Shown here: piece after piece, positions 44,252-52,450 of the stretch | How the letters are laid out: each line of letters opens with the position of its first letter | Numbering within the stretch: position 1 is the first letter of the stretch | Origin: Actinomycetota bacterium | GTDB lineage: Bacteria > Actinomycetota > AC-67 | Length of the DNA: 57,397 nt | Assembly: GCA_035249485.1 (NCBI GenBank) | Contig: DATFGK010000110.1 | Coordinates: 1 to 57,397 of the forward strand | Direction of reading: 5' to 3' | Position numbers and translations under genes: made by a program | Notes under the pieces: model-generated | Databases searched by the model: none | The model's input: the letters and a program-made list of their open reading frames with translations, nothing else | What the model was told of the DNA's origin: nothing

Positions 44252-46673
44252 GGCGCCGAGACTTCCGGCGGGGGAGAGCGACGAGGTTCGGCGTCTCCGC
44301 GATGAGATCGCGGCGCTGTCCGAGGCGCTCGAGGAACAGCGTTCCGGGGCCGAGCGGACGGAAGAGCTCCTCAAGGCACAGCTCCAGCGCGCTCGGGATG
44401 AAGCCGCGAACCACCACCGCCGCCTCGCGCGGATCTACGACACGAAGACGTGGAAGCTGGGGTGGCTGGCCTACGGTTTGCTCCAAGCCCTGCGGAGGCC
44501 GCGATGGGCCATCGCCCGCCTGCGGAGAGGGAGCCTCCGTCAAGCGCTGACCGCCGGGACGCCGGCGGATCGCGCGGCTCGGATGCCTCGCGCCGTCGGC
44601 CGGTACGAGCTGACCGAGGCGCAAGATCTCCTCGCCGGGTATCGACGCGCGGTGCGGAAGAAGCGGTTCGGCTCCACGGGTCGTCGCGTTGCGATGGCCG
44701 TGCACACGGCCGATCTGTCGGAGGGCAGGGGGGACGTCTACGTGGCCGTCGGTCTCGGCCGCTTCCTCGAGCGGATCGGATACGACGTCGTCTACCTCCC
44801 CCGCCACCGCTGGTACGAGCCGCCGGATGGCACCGATCTGTACGTCGCCCTCCTCGACGACCTCGATCTTGCCCTGGTGCCGCAGCGGCAGGGCATGCTC
44901 CGCTTGGCGTGGATCCGCAACCGGACCGACGACTGGGTCGCCTCGCAGTCGCTTCCGCTGTACGACGCGGTCCTTTGCTCATCGGAACGATCCCTCGCGG
45001 AGGTGTCGCGGGTGTATCCGGGCCCGGCCGGGATCCTTCGGATCGGCGTCGACGCAGAGCTCTTCTCACCCGCGTCACCGGCCGGCGAGCGCAGCGGGGT
45101 GGTGACGACGGTCAACCTGTGGGGCGGCGAGCGTCAGCTGTTCCGTGCGCTTCGATCCTGCACGCTGGACTTCCCGCTGGCGATCTTCGGGCAGGAACGC
45201 GGCTTGAACGAGGATCTGATGACGTGTTGGCACGGACCGGCGAGCTTTTTCGCGCTCGGCTCCCTCTACCGGCAGGCCGCGCTCGTCCTCGACGATCACA
45301 ACCCAACCACGCAGCCCTACGGGAACCTGAACTCCCGCGTCTACGAGGCGCTGGCGTCGGGCGCGCTCGTGATCAGCAACGCCGCGCTCGGCCTGGCTGA
45401 GGTTGGACTCGACGCGCTGCCCACATACACAACCCCCGAGGAGCTCGACGAGTTGATCCACCGGCTCCTCTCCGATCGCGCGGCTACCGTCGCGCTGACG
45501 GAGCGACTTCAGGAGGTGGTCCTTCGCGATCACACCTTCGAGCGACGCGCGCAGGACTTCGACGCCTTCGTGCGCGATCTCGAGCGGCGTCCGGAGGTCG
45601 GGGAGCGCGTCGTCGTCGTCAACTATCCGCTGTCGCCGGGGAACCCCTACCAGCAGATGCTGTACGCCGCGGGCGGGAAGAACGCGGTGACGTCCCTGTC
45701 GATCACCGACCTCGCCACGCTCCTCGAGTCGCGGCTTCCCGAACTCGGCCCTCGGTTGGTCTTCCATCTGCACTGGACGGCGCCGATCGTGGGTCCGGGC
45801 TTGACGGCGGGGGACGCGCGCGACCTGGGGCGGTCGTTCCTGCGCACGGTCGACGGTCTCAAGGAACGCGGCGTGCGGTTCGTATGGACGATCCACAACG
45901 TGCTCTCGCACGAGAGCCGGTTCCCGGACGAAGAGGCGACCCTGTGCCAGGGACTGGCCGACCGGGCAGATCTCATACACGTCATGTGCGAACGCACGGC
46001 CGAGCTCGTGTCGGCGTACTACACCTTGCCGCCCGATCGGGTGCGCGTCGTCCCGCATCCGAACTATGTGGATGTCTATCCGAACCTCGTCGATCAGCCG
46101 CGCGCCCGCGCCGAGCTCGGCCTCCGCCCCGAGCACACGGTTCTCTGCTTCCTTGGCGGCATCCGCCCGTACAAGGGACTCGACCGGCTGCTCGATGCGT
46201 TCGATCGCCTGGCGCGGGTCAAGCCGGAGGCCCGCCTCATCGTCGGCGGGCCGCCGGGCCGGTTCGAAGAGATCGAGGATCTCGCCGAGCGCTGCGAGAG
46301 CGATCCGCGGATCATCGCGAACTTCAACCGCATCCCGGACGTGGACATCCAGTTGTACCTGAACGCCGCCGACGTCGTCGTCATGCCCCACCGCGCCGTC
46401 CTGAACTCGGGATCGGTGATGCTCGCGTACTCCTTCGCGCGGCCGGTGGTGGCGCCCGCCCTCGGGTGTGTCGCCGAGCTCCTGACTCCCGACGTCTCGC
46501 TCACGTTCGACCTCGAGGACACGGAAGGGTTGTTCGAGACCCTGATGCAGTCGGACGCGCTCAAAGACGAACGCTTCCGGGAGGCCGCGTACAAGAAGGC
46601 GCTCGCGTATCCCGCGCTCGAGCTGTCGGACGAGTTCTGCCGGCTGATCCGCCAACTCGCGCGCGGCTCGTAG
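44244..46673 (+). CDS. N-terminal coiled coil + two GT-B (GT1/GT4-like) glycosyltransferase domains (809 aa)
   Basis: ATG at 44244, with an 8-nt overlap upstream. Residues ~12-63: EVRRLRDEIAALSEALEEQRSGAERTEELLKAQLQRARDEAANHHRRL, then TKTWKLGWLAYGLLQALRRPRWAIARL. Domain 1 ends ...NSRVYEALASGALVISN. Domain 2: ...FHLHW...FLGGIRPYKG.D.L...LNSGSVMLAYSFARPVVAP. Confidence 0.8.
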   Translation: MSEAPRLPAGESDEVRRLRDEIAALSEALEEQRSGAERTEELLKAQLQRARDEAANHHRRLARIYDTKTWKLGWLAYGLLQALRRPRWAIARLRRGSLRQALTAGTPADRAARMPRAVGRYELTEAQDLLAGYRRAVRKKRFGSTGRRVAMAVHTADLSEGRGDVYVAVGLGRFLERIGYDVVYLPRHRWYEPPDGTDLYVALLDDLDLALVPQRQGMLRLAWIRNRTDDWVASQSLPLYDAVLCSSERSLAEVSRVYPGPAGILRIGVDAELFSPASPAGERSGVVTTVNLWGGERQLFRALRSCTLDFPLAIFGQERGLNEDLMTCWHGPASFFALGSLYRQAALVLDDHNPTTQPYGNLNSRVYEALASGALVISNAALGLAEVGLDALPTYTTPEELDELIHRLLSDRAATVALTERLQEVVLRDHTFERRAQDFDAFVRDLERRPEVGERVVVVNYPLSPGNPYQQMLYAAGGKNAVTSLSITDLATLLESRLPELGPRLVFHLHWTAPIVGPGLTAGDARDLGRSFLRTVDGLKERGVRFVWTIHNVLSHESRFPDEEATLCQGLADRADLIHVMCERTAELVSAYYTLPPDRVRVVPHPNYVDVYPNLVDQPRARAELGLRPEHTVLCFLGGIRPYKGLDRLLDAFDRLARVKPEARLIVGGPPGRFEEIEDLAERCESDPRIIANFNRIPDVDIQLYLNAADVVVMPHRAVLNSGSVMLAYSFARPVVAPALGCVAELLTPDVSLTFDLEDTEGLFETLMQSDALKDERFREAAYKKALAYPALELSDEFCRLIRQLARGS

Positions 46674-46691
46674 GCCGCCGTGGCGCCGGCC

Positions 46692-47699
46692 CTACCGGCG
46701 CTGTAACCAGAGGCTCCCGCCGGGGTTCTCGAGGCACAGGGGCATCTCGCGCCGGAACCACTCCTCGTGGAGGGCAACGACGTACGACGAGAAGAGCCGG
46801 ATCGCGAAGGCGTCGTTGAACATGAGGAAGGCGCGGACGAGGTAATCCTCGTTCCATGCTCTGCCTTGTTCCACCCACGCCTCGGGGTACTCGAACGGGT
46901 AGAAGACGCCGTGGATCTGCGCCCAGACGCCGGAGCGCAGACGCGGGAGCACCTCGAAGAAGAGATGATTGACGTCGCTCCCCGTCTTCGAGACGTGGCT
47001 CGAATCGACGAGGAGGATGTCTCCCGCGTCGAGCTCGGCGAACGGCTCGAGGCCGACGTCCTGAACCTCGGACGTGATGAATCGATGCGCGTCGAAATCC
47101 GATCGCCTCAGCAGGGCGCCCAGCTCGTTCGGATCCGGATGGACGAACGTGCAGGAGATGGCTCCTTCGAAGAAGCGGTCGTTGATATCGAGGAGTGCGC
47201 ACGACGAGTAGCCGGCTCCGACCGAGACGACCCGCTTCGGCGCGAGATGCCGGACGAGGAGCGAGAGGAAGATCGCGTCCGAGTAGCTGAAGAAGTCGTT
47301 GCCATAGTGGTAGCGGAGACCGGCTTGCAGCTCGTGTGCGAAAGGGAGCTCGCCGTAGCGGCCTTTGAGCTCTTCGAGCAGCCCCAGCTGTCCCGCGTCG
47401 TCGAGATCGATGCCGGGCAGGGCCCGGGTCGAGCGGTCGAAGATACGATCCGCCCGGGAGCGTATCGCGTCGAGCGACGGGATCGGCGAGGACGCGTGAC
47501 CCGGAGGAGCCCACGACGCCCGCAGCCGCTCGCTCGTGAGCCGCCCGACCTCCTCACGCAATGCGTTCAGCTCGGTGTGGACCGTGCGGCCCTGACGGCG
47601 GAGACGCTGGAGCTCTTGGTACGTCCTCGATCCGGGGATCCGCGCGCCGATCCGGCGCAGCTTGCGGCTGAGCCTTGCGACGGTCGGATCGGCACGCAT
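46692..47699 (-). CDS. Class I SAM-methyltransferase (Methyltransf_24-like) with short N-terminal basic helix + coil
   Basis: 335 aa. N-terminal ARLSRKLRRIGARIPG..TYQELQRLRRQGRTVHTELNALREEVGRLTSERL. Core: VVSVGAGYSS...ILLVDSSHVSKTGSDVNHLFFEVLPRL.SGV...HGVFYPFEYP..W...GRAWNEDYL. Confidence 0.75.
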   Translation of the reverse strand: MRADPTVARLSRKLRRIGARIPGSRTYQELQRLRRQGRTVHTELNALREEVGRLTSERLRASWAPPGHASSPIPSLDAIRSRADRIFDRSTRALPGIDLDDAGQLGLLEELKGRYGELPFAHELQAGLRYHYGNDFFSYSDAIFLSLLVRHLAPKRVVSVGAGYSSCALLDINDRFFEGAISCTFVHPDPNELGALLRRSDFDAHRFITSEVQDVGLEPFAELDAGDILLVDSSHVSKTGSDVNHLFFEVLPRLRSGVWAQIHGVFYPFEYPEAWVEQGRAWNEDYLVRAFLMFNDAFAIRLFSSYVVALHEEWFRREMPLCLENPGGSLWLQRR

Positions 47700-47722
47700 C
47701 CTGCTCGCGACCTCCCCGGAGA

Positions 47723-49276
47723 TCAGCTCGCGACCTGGTCGGTCACGCGGACGAAACGATACAGGTGTTGGCGGTCCTCCCAGACGTAGCTCTCGTCCGG
47801 CAAGAGCGGCAGAGAAGATCCGAAGTACAGCGACAGCAGCTTCCGGAAGATGTTGACGGGCGTCATGCCGGAGGGGAGCTCCGGTTCGCGAACCCCCGGG
47901 AGATGGAGCGCCATGAGGATCCCGAACTTCTGGCGGAGCTGGGGCGTGGTCTTCGTGACCCAGGATTCAGGGTCGGGGTTCGGATTGCTCGGGTCCACGC
48001 CGGGAGGCGGGCCTTCGTCGGACGACAGCACGATGATCGGGTCGGATCCGTCCGGTCCCGACAAGAGTCGGTCGACGGACCGCGTCATCATCTCGTTTGC
48101 GAACATCAGCTGTTCGAGGTAATTGCGGTGCCACGATCGCGAGCCAACCTGCTCCTCCGTGAGGAACGTGCCGGCGCGATCGAACACGTAGGGCTCGTGC
48201 GGAAGGAGGATATGAGCGAAGACGAAAGTTGGTTTGCCGTCGTTCCCGGCGCGCACGAGCTGCTCGAACTGGAACTGCACGCGGCCCCATTCGACCCGTC
48301 GAGGATCGAGCTTCTCCCCGCCGCCCAAGCCGCGCGAGAGCGGACCGATCGGCGTGGTGTCGAGCAGCGTTCTCGAGAACTCGGACAGCGGATCGAACGT
48401 GACGTTCTCGTCGGCGAGCGGGTTGTTGCGCGTCGGCTCCCAGCGCGATCCGATGTGCACGTATCGATACCCCTGCGCCTTCAGGAAGCGACCGACGTCG
48501 TGCCTGCCGAGGAGCGAATAGACGGGACGCCAGTCGCTCGAGGTGGAACCCGCGATCCGCGTCAGATCCTCGAGATAGCGCATGTTCAGGGCCGCGGCGA
48601 GCGAGTGTGCGGTGTTTGGGTAGTTGGCCCGGGCGTCTCTCGCCACCACGAATCCACGAGATTCGAGCGAGTCCAGGAACGGGTCGTTGTCGAAGGAGAA
48701 GAAGGTCTTCAGGGCTTCCTCCCCACCGTAGCGGTCGAAGATCACGTAGTAGATGTCGGGCTTCGGGCCGGCTCGGTTCTCGGGCGTGGGGAGCGGGGAT
48801 GAGCCGGCGACCGGATCGATCGACGACGGCTGCTTGACGGCGTCAACGGCGATGGGGACGGAGGCCACGAGGACCATGGCGGCGGCGACGATGTTGAGGA
48901 CCCTGGTCGCGTCGGCAAGCGGCCGGCGGATGCGAAGCAGCAGGAAGGCTCCTGCGACGGCGAGGAGGCCCCACGCCGCGAGCACGTAGCGATCACGTCC
49001 GACCGAGACGCCGGCCACTTCCCACTCCGCTACCGCGTCCGCCACGTATCCGTACGAGAAGAAGAGCAGGATCCAGAGCGACACAGGCAGCGCGGCCCGC
49101 TGGAGGTCCTTGACCGTCACGACCGTGAGTACAAGGAGGGTCAGCGCGCCGCCGACCACCACGCCGAGCGGAACCAGCAGTTGCCCGAGTGCAACCTCGT
49201 CGAGGTTCTGCTGGAAGAGATTCAGGACGGGAAACGCTGCAAAGAGGACGGGATGCAGTGGCCGCGGACGGCTCAC
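47723..49276 (-). CDS. Membrane-anchored LtaS/sulfatase-like protein, paralogue B
   Basis: GTG start overlapping the upstream stop (GTGA). Collinear with 29553..31190: LHPVLFAAFPVL.L...N..EVA...LLFFSYG...GRDRY...DIYYVIFDRYGG...ANYPNTAHSLAA...FVFAHILLPHEPY...SSDEGPP...LRQKFGIL. Confidence 0.8.
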   Translation of the reverse strand: MSRPRPLHPVLFAAFPVLNLFQQNLDEVALGQLLVPLGVVVGGALTLLVLTVVTVKDLQRAALPVSLWILLFFSYGYVADAVAEWEVAGVSVGRDRYVLAAWGLLAVAGAFLLLRIRRPLADATRVLNIVAAAMVLVASVPIAVDAVKQPSSIDPVAGSSPLPTPENRAGPKPDIYYVIFDRYGGEEALKTFFSFDNDPFLDSLESRGFVVARDARANYPNTAHSLAAALNMRYLEDLTRIAGSTSSDWRPVYSLLGRHDVGRFLKAQGYRYVHIGSRWEPTRNNPLADENVTFDPLSEFSRTLLDTTPIGPLSRGLGGGEKLDPRRVEWGRVQFQFEQLVRAGNDGKPTFVFAHILLPHEPYVFDRAGTFLTEEQVGSRSWHRNYLEQLMFANEMMTRSVDRLLSGPDGSDPIIVLSSDEGPPPGVDPSNPNPDPESWVTKTTPQLRQKFGILMALHLPGVREPELPSGMTPVNIFRKLLSLYFGSSLPLLPDESYVWEDRQHLYRFVRVTDQVAS

Positions 49277-50661
49277 GCCCGTCTCCGCATGAGATACAAG
49301 CTTCGCTCGGAGGAGACGATCGGTTCCCGGCGCTCGATGTTGAAACGCTTCGAGAACGCGGCCTCGAAGCCATCCGCCGTGTAGTGGGGGAAGATGTCGT
49401 CGCGCGCCCGGAGCAGGACGATCGCTTTCGGATCGCTCTTCGGGACGAACTCGATGATGAGCTTGTCCGTGAGGTCGGCGAAGAAGTCCGCGACCCGCTC
49501 GAGTGGGACGTTGTTACCGATCGCGAGGTGATGCACGAGCGCGAGTGCGAGCGCGAGGTCGGCGGGGCCGCGGTCCGCGAGGGAGTCCCGCTCGGTGTTC
49601 TCCCACCCGATCCGCGGGCTGGGGTTCGTCAGATCCATCACGAGGGGGAGCAAATTTGCGTCGCCGTCGCGCACGACCGCGTCGCGATACGCGGCTTCGA
49701 CGCACCCCGGGTCGATGTCGAAGCAGACCGTCGGGATCCCTTGGGCCGTGGCGATCCGGGCGAACGCGCCGACGTTGCCGCCGAGGTCCCAAACGGAGGA
49801 GGGCGCGGTTTCCTCGACGAGCTTGGAGACCAGCCGGCGCTTGTGATCCGTCGCCTCGGCCGTGTAGTGGTCGGCTTCCGCGTAATAGTCGGTCCACACG
49901 GTCTTCGGGGGTTGCCAGTCCAGCGCGCGGACGGCGGAGTCGAGGCTCGCGATGATCCCCTGCAGCCCGCGCGTGCTGAGCTTCCGCCCCTTCGCGCTCG
50001 CCCGAGGGTCCTCACCCGCGTGACGCTTCTGACTCTTCGCGTGCGCGTGGATGTGGAGCAACAAGGAAGCGCGTAGCTTGCTCCGGCGGGGGAGCAGTTC
50101 CCGCGCGAGATCGAGGGGGACCCCGTCGAGGTGCACGCGCGAGAGCTGAAGCAAGCGCACGTCCCGATAGGCCGCCAGCGCGAGCGGCGCGAGGAAGTGC
50201 TGACAGAACTGCCGGTAGGCCACCCAGGGTTCGCCGTCGCGAAGGGTCTCGAACGACAGCGTGTCGATGAGAACCGGCTTCCCGCGCAGCCACTGGATGT
50301 TGTAAGCGCTCGCGTCGCGGAGCGACATCCCGTGCTCGATCGCGGTGCGCTGGATCTGCAGCGTCGCTCGCGCCGCGTCCTTCAACTGGCCGAAGCTCCA
50401 CTCGTACGGGTACGAGATGAACGGCACGGGCTCGGGTCGGATGACCTTGTAGGCGTCGGAGGTCGCGGCGAGTGCAAGATCGACTTCCTGATGTGGAACC
50501 ATCAGGCCGTTGCCGACGAGGGCGTCGTAGAGGCCCGAAGAGGCCAGGTGATCCCAGTGCTGCCTGTGGACTTCGTTGATCTGGCGAAGAAGATCGCCGT
50601 CTCTGCGGAAGACGAATCCGCTGGGGTCTCGGAAGGAGCCCCCGAGACGCTCGAGCGGCAT
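49273..50661 (-). CDS. Two-domain protein: N-terminal protein-kinase-like (tentative) domain + C-terminal class I SAM-methyltransferase
   Basis: 462 aa. N-terminal ...YKVIRPEPVPFISYPYEWSF...SLRDASAYNIQWLRGKPVLIDTLSF (Asp116, Asn121 at +5, Asp133 at +17). C-terminal motif I VWDLGGNVGAFA...CFDIDP...LALALVHHL. Confidence 0.75.
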   Translation of the reverse strand: MPLERLGGSFRDPSGFVFRRDGDLLRQINEVHRQHWDHLASSGLYDALVGNGLMVPHQEVDLALAATSDAYKVIRPEPVPFISYPYEWSFGQLKDAARATLQIQRTAIEHGMSLRDASAYNIQWLRGKPVLIDTLSFETLRDGEPWVAYRQFCQHFLAPLALAAYRDVRLLQLSRVHLDGVPLDLARELLPRRSKLRASLLLHIHAHAKSQKRHAGEDPRASAKGRKLSTRGLQGIIASLDSAVRALDWQPPKTVWTDYYAEADHYTAEATDHKRRLVSKLVEETAPSSVWDLGGNVGAFARIATAQGIPTVCFDIDPGCVEAAYRDAVVRDGDANLLPLVMDLTNPSPRIGWENTERDSLADRGPADLALALALVHHLAIGNNVPLERVADFFADLTDKLIIEFVPKSDPKAIVLLRARDDIFPHYTADGFEAAFSKRFNIERREPIVSSERSLYLMRRRA

Positions 50662-50876
50662 CAGCCCTTGTTGCGTGAGAAGCGGCGGCTCAACGCCGCC
50701 CTGATCCGCCGCCAGAACACGCCCACGGCCATGAACGCGCCGACGAACGCGCCCACGACGAGCTGGAGGATGTAACTGCCGGAACCCGCGTCGATGTACG
50801 CCGTTCCACCTTCGATACCCAAGACGATGATGAGCAACATGGGAAGAGCCATAACGCCGCGTGAGCGACCCTTCAT
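50661..50876 (-). CDS. Small membrane protein (71 aa, two hydrophobic helices)
   Basis: ATG at 50876, 5 nt after a perfect AGGAGG (plus-strand CCTCCT at 50883..50888). MKGRSRGVMALPMLLIIVLGIEGG...YILQLVVGAFVGAFMAVGVFW. Its stop shares 1 nt with the next start (TGATG). Confidence 0.5.
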   Translation of the reverse strand: MKGRSRGVMALPMLLIIVLGIEGGTAYIDAGSGSYILQLVVGAFVGAFMAVGVFWRRIRAALSRRFSRNKG

Positions 50877-50966
50877 GCGTACCTCCTGTTGGATCCGCCG
50901 GAAACGCCGCACCCCCGCGGCGGTCTGCGAAATCGTACCACCGGGGACCTCGAAGGGCTCAGAGCG

Positions 50967-52274
50967 TCAGGGAAGGACCACGTTCGGTGACGTAATCCCC
51001 CGGCGACCGAGCGCGTTGCGGGTGTCGACGATCAGGCGGGCCGAACGTGCGAGGAGACCGTAGTCGAGGGCGTCGTGGTCGCACAGGATGAGGATCAGAT
51101 CAGCGGCGGAGATGACCTCGTCGGTGGGCGGCAACGCCGTCATGATCCCGCCGTCGAGCGGGAGCTCTGGGATCAACGGGTCGATGTAGTGCACGTCGGC
51201 GCCCCACGAGCGGAGGTGGCGGATGCATTCCAGCGCTGGAGACTCGCGATGATCGCGAACGTTCGGTTTGTACGAGACGCCGACGACGAGGATGCGAGCG
51301 TCCCGGAGCGCGACGCCGCGACTGTTGAGCGCCTGGATCAGGTGCGATACGACCACCTGCGGCATACGGGCGTTCACCCACTCCGCCAGCTCGATGAAAC
51401 GCGTCCCTTCCCCCGTCAGCCTGGCGGCCCACTGGAGATAGAAGGGGTCGAGCGGGATGCAATGCCCTCCGACCCCTGGACCGGGATAGAAAGGCATGTA
51501 ACCGAACGGCTTGGTCGCCGCGGCGTCGATGACCTCCCAGATGTTGACGCCGATCGCGCGGGCCACCGACGCGAGCTCGTTGGCGAGTGCGATGTTGACC
51601 CACCGGAACGTGTTCTCGACGAGCTTGGCCATCTCGGCGGTTCGTGCGTCGGTCAGGGGATGGACGGTCTCGACGAAGCGGCGGTAGATGTGGGCCGTCG
51701 CCTCGGTGCTTGTGGCCGAGGCTCCTCCGACGATCCGCGGGATGTTCGCGGTGCGGAAGGACGCGTTCCCCGGGTCGATCCGCTCGGGCGAATACGCGAG
51801 CAGGAAGTCCTCGTCGATCCGTAATCCGCTCTCGGACAGGATCGGGAGGACAACGTCCTGCGTCGTCCCCGGGTACGTCGTCGACTCGAGGATCACTGCC
51901 TGTCCCGGGCGAAGGATGCTTCCGACCGTGCGGGCTGCTTGCTGGATGTACGACATGTCGGGCTGCTTGCCGACGGCGAGCGGCGTCGGCACGCAGATGA
52001 AGAGCACATCGCGCTCCTTGAGGTCCTCCGCGACGGCCGTGAAGCGCGCCTTATGGGCGATCTCGACGAGATCGGCATCGCTCACGTCGTCGATGTGCGA
52101 TCGTCCCGCGTCGAGCCGCGCGACGACATCGGGATCGACGTCGTACCCGGTCACGTCGATCCCGACCCGTGCCATCGTGGCCACGAGCGGGAGCCCGACG
52201 TAGCCCAGGCCGATAACGGCCGCGTCCCATGACTCGGCCTCGATGCGTTCGAGGATCTCGGAGACGGCGCTCAT
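50967..52274 (-). CDS. Nucleotide-sugar 6-dehydrogenase (UDP-ManNAc / UDP-GlcNAc dehydrogenase type; WecC-like given the wecB neighbour)
   Basis: ATG at 52274. AVIGLGYVGLPL...FICVPTPL...ESTTYPGTT...YSPERIDPGN...NIALANEL...PGPGVGGHCIPLDP. Confidence 0.85.
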   Translation of the reverse strand: MSAVSEILERIEAESWDAAVIGLGYVGLPLVATMARVGIDVTGYDVDPDVVARLDAGRSHIDDVSDADLVEIAHKARFTAVAEDLKERDVLFICVPTPLAVGKQPDMSYIQQAARTVGSILRPGQAVILESTTYPGTTQDVVLPILSESGLRIDEDFLLAYSPERIDPGNASFRTANIPRIVGGASATSTEATAHIYRRFVETVHPLTDARTAEMAKLVENTFRWVNIALANELASVARAIGVNIWEVIDAAATKPFGYMPFYPGPGVGGHCIPLDPFYLQWAARLTGEGTRFIELAEWVNARMPQVVVSHLIQALNSRGVALRDARILVVGVSYKPNVRDHRESPALECIRHLRSWGADVHYIDPLIPELPLDGGIMTALPPTDEVISAADLILILCDHDALDYGLLARSARLIVDTRNALGRRGITSPNVVLP

Positions 52275-52300
52275 CGCAAACCCGAGGGGCCCAACTGTAT

Positions 52301-52381
52301 AGCCCGTGGGCTCGGACGTCGCGCACCACTCTGCTGTGGGCGCCGGGGGAAGGGCGGCGGTAAAGTGTCGTCCCACGGGCT
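52301..52381. promoter_or_regulatory. 10-bp inverted repeat pair in the divergent intergenic region
   Basis: AGCCCGTGGG (52301..52310) and its exact reverse complement CCCACGGGCT (52372..52381), 61 nt apart, between the dehydrogenase (-) and wecB (+) starts. Confidence 0.25.
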
Positions 52382-52450
52382 TCGCCGAACTCGTGGCATG
52401 CTTATCACCTGGCATCGCGGCCCGTTCCCGTTCGGAAGGCAGCCCGACCG

